A stretch of 32,000 nt of DNA from Thermococcus kodakarensis KOD1 (GTDB lineage: Archaea; Methanobacteriota_B; Thermococci; Thermococcales; Thermococcaceae): NCBI RefSeq assembly GCF_000009965.1, contig NC_006624.1, positions 390,001 to 422,000 on the forward strand, given 5' to 3'. This document shows, piece by piece, positions 20,466 through 27,326 of the stretch (positions are counted from its first letter, which is position 1; every line of letters starts with the position of its first letter). Position numbers and translations under genes: made by a program. The notes under the pieces are model-generated. The model was not told the DNA's origin. It did no database searches and worked only from the letters and a program-made list of their open reading frames with translations.

Positions 20466-21086
20466 ATGAAGCTTGAGGAGTTCATATCTGACCCGAAGTC
20501 AAGGGAGCTGATAGAGACCGTCAGGGAGTTCGCCAAAAGCTTCTTCGACAGGGAGGGCACGCACGGCTTCAGCCACGTTGAGAGGGTCTTCAACCTCTGC
20601 ATGCATATCGGGAAAGAAGAGGGGGCTGATTTAGAAGTCCTCGCCCTGGCGGCGCTTCTCCACGATATTGCCCGCCCGCTGGAGGATTCAGGGAAAGTCG
20701 AGGACCATGCCCTTGAGGGGGCAAGGATAGCGAGGAGGTACCTGAGGAGCCTCGGTTATCCCGAAGACAAGGTTGAAGCCGTTGCCCACGCGATAGAGGC
20801 CCACCGCTTCTCACGTGGGCCTGAACCGGCAACACTTGAGGCAAAGATCCTGAGCGATGCCGATAAGCTCGACGCAATAGGGGCCGTGGGGATAGCGAGG
20901 GTCTTCATGTACTCGGGGGAGCATGGGAGGGGCATAGACGCCTCAATAAAGCACTTTGAGGAGAAGATACTGAAGCTGAAAGACCTGATGTACACAGAAA
21001 CCGCGAGAAAGATGGCCGAAGAGAGACACCGCTTTACCGAGGAGTTTATTGAGCGGCTCAGGCGTGAGATAGAGGGTGAAATCTGA
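20466..21086 (+). CDS. HD-domain metal-dependent phosphohydrolase
   Basis: HGFSHVERV ... LLHDIARP ... DADKLDAIG is the classic H...HD...D pattern. The start abuts the upstream stop. Confidence 0.8.
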   Translation: MKLEEFISDPKSRELIETVREFAKSFFDREGTHGFSHVERVFNLCMHIGKEEGADLEVLALAALLHDIARPLEDSGKVEDHALEGARIARRYLRSLGYPEDKVEAVAHAIEAHRFSRGPEPATLEAKILSDADKLDAIGAVGIARVFMYSGEHGRGIDASIKHFEEKILKLKDLMYTETARKMAEERHRFTEEFIERLRREIEGEI

Positions 21087-21181
21087 CCTTTTGGAGGAGA
21101 GCTTTTCTCCATAATAACCTTTTTAAATGCCTTCCTGAATTATGGGGTAGTCTGCTCAGGGTCATTCTGGGGGGTGAGAAC

Positions 21182-21694
21182 GTGAAGGCGCCGATCTGTG
21201 AGGTGTGCTTGAAGACGGATGGTATTCTCTGTCCCGCCGATGAGAAAAAACTCCAGGAGGGTATAATCTCCGAGCTTGACGTTAAGGTCGCGAGGCTTCT
21301 CTACAAGCTTCTCGGTGACGCTGATATCGAGTTCAAGAATGCCGTCGAAGCTGGAGATCTCGTTGTCATCGTCGTTGGGGAAGGAGACGTGCCCGTGGTC
21401 ATAGGTAAGGGTGGAAAGAACATCAAAGCCCTGATAAGGGAGCTTGGAAAGCGCGTTAGGGTTATCGAGGGTATGAAAGCGGAAAACCCGAACGAGCTGA
21501 AGAAGCTGGCCTCTGACCTGTTCTATCCTGCTGGAGTCTTTGGCGTTAACGTGGTCTACAAGGCCGGAGGAGAGAGGGACTACAAGATCCTCGTCTTTGG
21601 AAGGGACAGAAAGAAGCTCCCTGAGAAGCCAGAAGTTCTTGAGAGCATTCTCAGCCAGATAACCGGCAAAGACGTTAGGATATCCTTTGTTTGA
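21182..21694 (+). CDS. KH-domain RNA-binding protein, archaeal NusA-like
   Basis: GXXG KH motif VIGKGGKNIKALIRELG. N-terminal Cys pair CEVC...C. GTG start preceded by GGGGGGTGA. Confidence 0.6.
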   Translation: MKAPICEVCLKTDGILCPADEKKLQEGIISELDVKVARLLYKLLGDADIEFKNAVEAGDLVVIVVGEGDVPVVIGKGGKNIKALIRELGKRVRVIEGMKAENPNELKKLASDLFYPAGVFGVNVVYKAGGERDYKILVFGRDRKKLPEKPEVLESILSQITGKDVRISFV

Positions 21695-21831
21695 TGCTCT
21701 TTTCTGTTCTCATCCTGTTTTTGGCACTTTGCTTTTGAGTTTCTTCCCTCGATGTGAGACGATTCTGGTGGCATTATCCCGCATCACATAGCGACTTCTA
21801 CTTTTGTTTCCAACTTTAAGTTTACGAAATT

Positions 21832-21840
21832 CTTTTAAAG
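21832..21840 (+). promoter_or_regulatory. TATA-box candidate for the toxin-like gene
   Basis: CGAAATTCTTTTAAAGC lies 44 nt upstream of ATG 21884. The SD GGAGGTGA is at 21872-21879. It lies in a 189-nt spacer after an oligo-T (21718-21722) that ends the previous gene. Confidence 0.4.
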
Positions 21841-21883
21841 CTGGATTATTCGTCCATAGTTGAAACCATCTGGAGGTGAGCGG

Positions 21884-23299
21884 ATGAGCCGCCAGATGGT
21901 TGGAGCGCTGGTTCTCCTGCTCTTGCTGACGCTGCCCGGAGTCTCCGCCGTTTCCCTGCCGTGGTCAGGGCTTTCCATCTTTGGAGCAAGCTCAGGGGCC
22001 TACCCAATCCGCCTCGACGGCGTTGAACAGACCGGCAACATCGCGGTCGTAACATGGGACGTCCCGCCCAACTGCCTCTCCGGCTACGGCACCGTGTTCA
22101 TCAGCAGGGATGGAAGAACCATCACAGAGCGCGTCAGCCTCGGCCGGCTGAAGCCCTGGGGCAAGAAGGTAGCGGTTTTCCTCAACGTCAGGGAGCCGGT
22201 TTACGTCAAACTGCGCATCACCTCTGGAAACGGAATCTTCATGAGCTCGTGGGTGAAGTTGAGGCCCCAATCCGTACCGAGAGTCTTCTCGACAGGCTAT
22301 ACGACCACTTATTCCTGGGGAGACGGGGAGATAAGGCCGCAGTTCGTCCCAATTCCAGCCATCATCGGGGCAATAATCTCGGTGGGCTTTGCGCTCTGGG
22401 ACGCCTACGATGCCTATAATGCGTGTTCCGACTACGGGGAGGACTCAATAAAGTGCACCGTCGCCGCTGGTTCGGTGTTCGTTTTCAGCCTGGCTATGGA
22501 GGGCGATGAGCTGGTCGGCGTGCTCAGGCACGGTGATGAACTCGTTGAGGTTCCTGGAAAGCTATACAGCACGCTGAAGCGCCTCGACCTCGTTGAGGAG
22601 GTTGGTGATGGAGTCGTCAGGGCCAAGGAGAGGTTCGCCCACATATTCGACGACATAGTAAAGCACGGCGACGATGCCGCAAAGGCCCTCGACGACCTCG
22701 TCAGGGCTGGAGTTTCAAAGGAGGCCGTCGAGGAGACAGTCAAGCACGGCGCGACGATAAAGGAGATAAAGGAAGGAATTGAACGGTCGGAGAGGGCATT
22801 AGAAAGGATAGCAGGTGGAGCGGAAGGAAAACATGTCCTCGGAAAAGTACGGACGTACGACGTGGCCATAGAGAAAGGGAACGAAAAGGAGGGGCTCATT
22901 CACATGCTCCTCAGGCACGTGTGGGGATACGACATGGAAAACGTGGGAAAAACATCCTTCTGGCCGATGGGCCAGAAGATCATCGTGAGCGGTCAGGAGA
23001 AGCAGCTTCCCAGGGTTTTCAGGGATGAGGGGGAGCTGATGGAGTTCCTGAAGGAAGTTGTGGAGAGGGTGAGCAAGGATCCAGAGTACATATCTGAGAA
23101 ATTCTTTAAGAATGGGGTGCCCAACAGGAACTTTGGGATTCCAGTGGATCTTAAGAAGCTTGGAATGCGTGTTGATGGGATTGATGTTGTTCAGCTGGAG
23201 TTTAGGTTCGAGAAGGGTGAATTCGTCCTGAAGACGGCGTATCCTGTTGATGGTTGGGCTGTTGAGACGTTTATTCCTGGTAAGGGTGGCTGGCAGTGA
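21884..23299 (+). CDS. full-length polymorphic-toxin candidate: signal peptide, beta-rich ectodomain, two hydrophobic segments, helical linker, 115-aa swappable C-terminal module (CT1)
   Basis: 471 aa. Signal peptide is MSRQMVGALVLLLLLTLPGVSA. Hydrophobic segments are VPIPAIIGAIISVGFALWDAY (22346-22408) and CTVAAGSVFVFSLAM (22454-22498). Residues 357-471 (nt 22952-23296) recur downstream as start-less copies. Confidence 0.6.
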   Translation: MSRQMVGALVLLLLLTLPGVSAVSLPWSGLSIFGASSGAYPIRLDGVEQTGNIAVVTWDVPPNCLSGYGTVFISRDGRTITERVSLGRLKPWGKKVAVFLNVREPVYVKLRITSGNGIFMSSWVKLRPQSVPRVFSTGYTTTYSWGDGEIRPQFVPIPAIIGAIISVGFALWDAYDAYNACSDYGEDSIKCTVAAGSVFVFSLAMEGDELVGVLRHGDELVEVPGKLYSTLKRLDLVEEVGDGVVRAKERFAHIFDDIVKHGDDAAKALDDLVRAGVSKEAVEETVKHGATIKEIKEGIERSERALERIAGGAEGKHVLGKVRTYDVAIEKGNEKEGLIHMLLRHVWGYDMENVGKTSFWPMGQKIIVSGQEKQLPRVFRDEGELMEFLKEVVERVSKDPEYISEKFFKNGVPNRNFGIPVDLKKLGMRVDGIDVVQLEFRFEKGEFVLKTAYPVDGWAVETFIPGKGGWQ

Positions 23300-23822
23300 G
23301 GTGATACGAATGTGGGCCACCATACAAGGAAAACACTTGACGATAAAAATAGACCTAGATAGGTACATTCCATCTCCAGATCCTTTCTTTTCGATTTTTA
23401 CGATAGGTGACCATTTACTCGTGGGGGCCTGCTGGAAGGGAAAACTCGAAGGAGATGAAAGTGATGTCTACAGAGTTTTTGAGAACTTGTTGACTGCTTG
23501 TTATTACTTTTTACAGCCAGAGCATCCGCACGTTCAGAAACTAACCAGGTTTGAGAAAAAGAATGTGGAAGAGGCAGGATTCAGATTAAAAGGGGAGGAG
23601 GTTGTTGTGTATCAGGGTGTTGAGAGGAACAGTATTTACTACGCTTGCTCTACAGGGAAGACCGCGAGAATTTACTATCACAATGGACTCCTTGAATTCA
23701 CTGATTGTCCAGAATACAAGGGCAAGCACAAGGGTGTCGTTGAGCTCCCGCTTAGAGAGTTCATTGAAGACGTTCTGAAAGTCAGCAAGGAGTACTTGGA
23801 AAAATACGCTCCAATTATTGAG
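22952..23822 (+). repeat. cassette repeat copy A (CT1 plus most of immunity-like 1)
   Basis: Colinear without indels with 24868-25738 (constant offset 1916 nt). Roughly nine positions in ten are identical by eye, not computed. It includes a ~50-nt perfect run, CCCAGGGTTTTCAGGGATGAGGGGGAGCTGATGGAGTTCCTGAAGGAAGT. Confidence 0.8.
23171..23315 (+). repeat. 145-nt perfect direct repeat, copy 1 (3' end of CT1, junction, first codons of the immunity gene)
   Basis: Identical base for base to 26529-26673 on my reading. The flanking similarity extends over 23157-23365 versus 26515-26723 with 5 mismatches. Confidence 0.8.
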
Positions 23823-23921
23823 AAAATCAGGCTGGAGCATGGGGAAAAGCCTGACGACTATGACTTCCTCCAAAAGTTCTATCTGGAAGTTGAGAGACTG
23901 TATAAGGAGAAGTTTGGGTAA
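23310..23921 (+). CDS. immunity-like protein 1 (203 aa), cognate position to CT1
   Basis: The ATG lies 10 nt after the toxin stop, within TGAGGTGATACGAATG (SD spanning the stop). Family motifs are GKHLTIKIDL, VGACWKGK, DCPEYKGKHKGVVELPLREFIEDVLKVSKEYLEKY. The track ORF's first 21 codons are a spurious extension. Confidence 0.6.
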   Translation: MWATIQGKHLTIKIDLDRYIPSPDPFFSIFTIGDHLLVGACWKGKLEGDESDVYRVFENLLTACYYFLQPEHPHVQKLTRFEKKNVEEAGFRLKGEEVVVYQGVERNSIYYACSTGKTARIYYHNGLLEFTDCPEYKGKHKGVVELPLREFIEDVLKVSKEYLEKYAPIIEKIRLEHGEKPDDYDFLQKFYLEVERLYKEKFG

Positions 23922-24258
23922 GAGGATCATCGTGAACGGTCAGGAGAAGCGGTTGCCAAAAGTCTTCAAGAACGAGAAAGAGCCCAGAGAGTTCCTTGAT
24001 GAAGTGTTGAAGAGGGCACTTCAGGAGGAAGAGTACTACACAGAATTTAGGGGACAGAGCTTTGTGAAGCTAAGGGTAAACTTGGATAAGCTTGGGGTGC
24101 ATATAGACGGGATAGATGCGGTAGAGTTCCAGTTCTCGTATAACCAAGCTAAGGGTGCCTATCAACTTATCACAGCGTATCCCTCAAAGGGTAAGAATGT
24201 TTTAGGGTACGTGTGGGACAGAGAAAAACAATCTGGTAAATGGATACGCATGGGGTGA
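23917..24258 (+). pseudogene. orphan toxin C-terminal cassette CT2 (113 codons, no own start or promoter), divergent variant
   Basis: GKRIIVNGQEKRLPKVFKNEKEPREFLDEVLKRA...GIDAVEFQFSYNQAKGAYQLITAYP is colinear with residues ~363-455 of the full-length gene. The tail is different. Homology begins exactly at the stop codon of the preceding gene, and there is no in-frame Met until the last residues. Confidence 0.6.
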
Positions 24259-24263
24259 CTTCA

Positions 24264-24860
24264 ATGAGGTGCAAACTTCGTGGAAAATTTATTGAGGTTG
24301 AAATAGATTTGGAATCCTTTGAGCCAGACCCATTTCCCGGCCGTTTTCCTATTCTTTTTTTGGTGGCTGGGCACGAAGTAGGTGGATACCACAATGAGGG
24401 ATGGCTTGGCGACTCATATGGCCTCTTTCAGGATCTACTCCTCTGTACGAGAGATCTCCTAAAGTGCCCTGAAAGTTGTTTTAACAAAAGGAAAAACGCT
24501 GAGAGCGATGGTTTTAAGTTGTTACCTGATAGCTATGTCTGCGGACCAATACTTGACTTAGATTTTAACACGTATTATCTTGAAAGAAAGGGAGAATTGT
24601 TGCGTTTTCATTTCATAAATGAAGCTCCCAAGTATATTTCTTCGAAGAATTCCCTTCAGGGCACTATCGAACTACCGTTTGGGGCCTTTGTCGCCGATAT
24701 TCTCAAAATAAGCGAGGAGTACCTTGAAAAATGTTTCCCAATAGAAATGGAGACTAAAGCCATGCAATATAACAGATTTACCGAGGAAATTTCTCGGCTT
24801 AGGCAATACTTAGAAAACCTCATACAGGAAATTAAAACAGAACTGGATTTTGGGCATTAA
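24264..24860 (+). CDS. immunity-like protein 2 (198 aa), divergent family member paired with CT2
   Basis: The ATG lies 5 nt after the CT2 stop. MRCKLRGKFIEVEIDL..., YGLFQDLLLC, GTIELPFGAFVADILKISEEYLEKC share the family architecture. AT-rich, about 35% GC in a spot count of 24541-24600. Confidence 0.55.
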   Translation: MRCKLRGKFIEVEIDLESFEPDPFPGRFPILFLVAGHEVGGYHNEGWLGDSYGLFQDLLLCTRDLLKCPESCFNKRKNAESDGFKLLPDSYVCGPILDLDFNTYYLERKGELLRFHFINEAPKYISSKNSLQGTIELPFGAFVADILKISEEYLEKCFPIEMETKAMQYNRFTEEISRLRQYLENLIQEIKTELDFGH

Positions 24861-24861
24861 T

Positions 24862-25215
24862 TGGGAAACATCCTTCTGGCTGATGGGCCAGAAGATCATC
24901 GTGAACGGTCAGGAGAAGCAGTTGCCCAGGGTTTTCAGGGATGAGGGGGAGCTGATGGAGTTCCTGAAGGAAGTCGTGGAAAGAGCTCTCAAGGACCCAG
25001 ATTATCAAAAAGAATTCTTTAATAGACTTGGAGCACCGAAATCAAGCTTTGGGATTCCAGTGGATCTTAAGAAGCTTGGAATGCGTGTTGATGGGGTTGA
25101 TGTTGTTAGGTTGGAGTTCAGGTTCGAGGATGGGAAGTTTGTCCTGGAGACGGCGTATCCTGTTGATGGTTGGGCTGTTGAGACGTTTATTCCTGGGAGA
25201 GGTGGCTGGCAGTGA
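24862..25215 (+). pseudogene. orphan toxin C-terminal cassette CT3 (start-less), about 80% identical to CT1
   Basis: WETSFWLMGQKIIVNGQEKQLPRVFRDEGELMEFLKEVVERALKDPDYQKEFFNRLGAPKSSFGIPVDLKKLGMRVDGVDVVRLEFRFEDGKFVLETAYPVDGWAVETFIPGRGGWQ. In-frame homology to 22952 onward starts at 24868, right after the stop of the preceding gene. The track 'M' is a TTG. Confidence 0.6.
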
Positions 25216-25738
25216 GGTGATACGAATGTGGATCACCATACAAGGAAAACACTTGACGATAAAAATAGACCTAGATAGGTACATTCCATCTCCAGATCCT
25301 TTCTTTTCGATTTTTACGATAGATGACCACATACTCGTGGGAGCCTGCTGGAAGGGAAAACTCGAAGGAGATGAAAGTGATGTCTACAGAGTTTTTGAGA
25401 ACTTGTTAGATGCGTGTTCTTGTCTTTTAGACCCGGAGCATCCGCATGTTCGGGCACTAACCAGGTTTGAGAGAAAGAATGCAGAAGAGGCAGGATTCCG
25501 GTTAAAAGGGGATGAGGTTGTGGTGTATCGGGGGGTTGAGAGGAACAGTATTTACTATGCTTGCTCTACCGGACGGATTGCGAGAATTTATTATCACAAT
25601 GAGCTCCTTGAATTCACAGATTGCCCAGAATACAAGGGCAAGCATAAGGGCGTTGTTGAGCTTTCACTTAAGGAGTTCGTTGAGGACGTTCTGAAAATCA
25701 GCAGGGAATACTTGGAAAAATACGCTTCGATTATTGAT
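24868..25738 (+). repeat. cassette repeat copy B (CT3 plus most of immunity-like 3)
   Basis: Partner of 22952-23822; see that entry. Confidence 0.8.
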
Positions 25739-25876
25739 AGGATTTTGATCGAGAATGAACACAATCCCGGTGATGACTATGAATACCTTTTGAACTTTTA
25801 TCAGGAGGTTAAGAAAATGTACGAGAAACCCAGTTGCGGGAGCTCTAGCTTAAGCAAAAAAGAACATTGGGCGTGA
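25226..25876 (+). CDS. immunity-like protein 3 (216 aa), close paralogue of protein 1
   Basis: It has the same TGAGGTGATACGAATG junction. It is roughly 80% identical to immunity-like 1 by eye, with a different C-terminal tail. The first 66 codons of the track ORF 25028.. are out-of-frame read-through of CT3. Confidence 0.6.
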   Translation: MWITIQGKHLTIKIDLDRYIPSPDPFFSIFTIDDHILVGACWKGKLEGDESDVYRVFENLLDACSCLLDPEHPHVRALTRFERKNAEEAGFRLKGDEVVVYRGVERNSIYYACSTGRIARIYYHNELLEFTDCPEYKGKHKGVVELSLKEFVEDVLKISREYLEKYASIIDRILIENEHNPGDDYEYLLNFYQEVKKMYEKPSCGSSSLSKKEHWA

Positions 25877-25880
25877 TCCC

Positions 25881-26501
25881 ATGAACACGCTCAAATTATC
25901 TGGCAAGCACATCTACATAGAGGCTGACTTAGGGAAATTCTATGGGGGAGCATATCCCTTTCCCCTCATCATGTTACTGGATGACCATGTCATCGTGGGC
26001 ATGTGCTGGAAAAAATGGAGTTCAGGGAAGCTGGTTGGGTCGCCAGGGGACCCATATGGAGTTGTGCAGGATTTACTGGACAGTGTGAGGTTCTTTATGG
26101 TGGCGAAGCCAAGACGGCTCGTTGGTGTTAAGCCGGACACTGTTAGAGAGTACGGATTTCAGGTTGGGGAGGACTCTTCGATTTACTCTGCAACATCGGT
26201 AGCGGACTCAGTCTTCATTTTTCTTGAAAGAAAGAATGATGTAGTGAAAATACATTACTATAACCAGCTTCTCTACGAAACAGATTGCCCGGAATTCAAG
26301 GGAATGGGCAGGGGTACAATTGAATTGCCTTTCTTGGAATTTGTTAATGATGTGCTCGAGATTTCGGAGGGATACCTCAAAAACTATGCAGGTGTCATAG
26401 AACGGATTATGAGAGAGTATGAGGAGGAACCGTATGACCATGATATCCTCTGGAGATGGTATCTGGAAATCAAGGAGGAAATTACAGGCAGGAGGATATG
26501 A
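25881..26501 (+). CDS. immunity-like protein 4 (206 aa), stand-alone divergent member
   Basis: Starts 4 nt after the previous stop with no CT module in front. MNTLKLSGKHIYIEADL, VGMCWKKW, YGVVQDLLDS, DCPEFKGMGRGTIELPFLEFVNDVLEISEGYLKNY. Confidence 0.55.
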   Translation: MNTLKLSGKHIYIEADLGKFYGGAYPFPLIMLLDDHVIVGMCWKKWSSGKLVGSPGDPYGVVQDLLDSVRFFMVAKPRRLVGVKPDTVREYGFQVGEDSSIYSATSVADSVFIFLERKNDVVKIHYYNQLLYETDCPEFKGMGRGTIELPFLEFVNDVLEISEGYLKNYAGVIERIMREYEEEPYDHDILWRWYLEIKEEITGRRI

Positions 26502-26516
26502 ATACATTGTCACTAG

Positions 26517-26657
26517 CTTGGAATACACGTTGATGGGATTGATGTTGTTCAGCTGGAGTTTAGGTTCGAGAAGGGTGAATTCGTCCTGAAGACGGCGTAT
26601 CCTGTTGATGGTTGGGCTGTTGAGACGTTTATTCCTGGTAAGGGTGGCTGGCAGTGA
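26517..26657 (+). pseudogene. truncated toxin C-terminal stump (last 46 codons of CT1)
   Basis: LGIHVDGIDVVQLEFRFEKGEFVLKTAYPVDGWAVETFIPGKGGWQ is preceded by an in-frame TAG at 26514-26516. Positions 26529-26673 are identical to 23171-23315. Confidence 0.75.
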
Positions 26658-26673
26658 GGTGATACGAATGTGG
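26529..26673 (+). repeat. 145-nt perfect direct repeat, copy 2
   Basis: Partner of 23171-23315, offset 3358 nt. Confidence 0.8.
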
Positions 26674-27276
26674 ATCACCATACAAGGAAAACACTTGACG
26701 ATAAAAATAGACCTAGATAGGTATATTCCCTCTCCTTATCCATTTTTTCTGATCTTTGGGATAAAAGATAACCTGATTGTAGGAGCCTGTTGGAAGGGTA
26801 AGCTTGAAGGAGCAGAAACAAACGTTTATGGGGTTCTCCAAGAGCTCCTTATAGCGTGCATTCAGATGCTTAACCCAAAGAGTAGCACTTCAAATTTTGC
26901 CAGAAAGGAAGCGAAGTGGCATGGGTTTGTTCTTAACGAGAACAATCCGTCTTATGAGCTCATTACGTCATCAAATCCATCTAGCATTCTTTACTTTGAA
27001 GCAGATGGGAATATCCTAAAAGTTTACTATTATAATGATCTGCTTGCATATACCAACTGTCGTGAATATGAGAACAGACATAGGGGTGTCGTTGAACTCC
27101 CGCTTAGAGAGTTCGTGGAGGATGTTCTGAAAATCAGCAGAGAGTACTTAGAAAAGTACGCTTCGATTATTGAGAAAATCAGGCTGGAGCATGGGGAAGA
27201 ACCTGACGACTACGATTCCCTCAGGGGGCTCTATCGCGAGGTTGAAAGGTTGTATAGAGAGTCAGGATTCCGCTGA
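26668..27276 (+). CDS. immunity-like protein 5 (202 aa), mosaic member
   Basis: The first ~19 codons are near-identical to proteins 1 and 3. The central ~120 codons diverge. The last ~60 codons are again about 88% identical at nt level to protein 1 (23733-23870 versus 27085-27222, 17 mismatches counted by eye). Confidence 0.6.
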   Translation: MWITIQGKHLTIKIDLDRYIPSPYPFFLIFGIKDNLIVGACWKGKLEGAETNVYGVLQELLIACIQMLNPKSSTSNFARKEAKWHGFVLNENNPSYELITSSNPSSILYFEADGNILKVYYYNDLLAYTNCREYENRHRGVVELPLREFVEDVLKISREYLEKYASIIEKIRLEHGEEPDDYDSLRGLYREVERLYRESGFR

Positions 27277-27326
27277 GGAGCTCTGGGGGTGATTCTGTGA
27301 GCTGGTGGCTCGGAAGTTTAAAGCCC

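Noticed and set aside
22827-22922. Calling the His-rich stretch GKHVLG...GLIHMLLRH an EndoU-type RNase active site
   Set aside because: The resemblance to the two-His EndoU pattern is loose: the spacing is 23 residues and no third catalytic residue is identifiable. The stretch also lies upstream of the swappable module. I kept it only as a hypothesis to test.
23247-23309. Shared N-terminal extension MMVGLLRRLFLVRVAGSEVIR on the immunity-like ORFs (also 26605-26667; related 25028-25225)
   Set aside because: This is an out-of-frame reading of the toxin C-terminal module. The ATG after the SD-containing TGAGGTGATACGA junction is conserved in all three copies and starts the homologous MW(A/I)TIQGKH sequence.
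22432-23373. Minus-strand ORFs (155, 189, 60 aa) antisense to the toxin-like gene, with similar ones at 25042..25332 and 26208..26681
   Set aside because: They recur only because the underlying plus-strand cassettes are repeated. They are Ser/Pro/Leu-rich, have no SD, and overlap better-supported plus-strand genes.
23818-23916. ATG at 23818 that would give the CT2 cassette a 146-aa ORF with its own start
   Set aside because: The first 33 codons are a frame-shifted reading of immunity-like 1 with no homology to the toxin and no SD. CT2 is better treated as a start-less orphan module, though low-level translation cannot be excluded.
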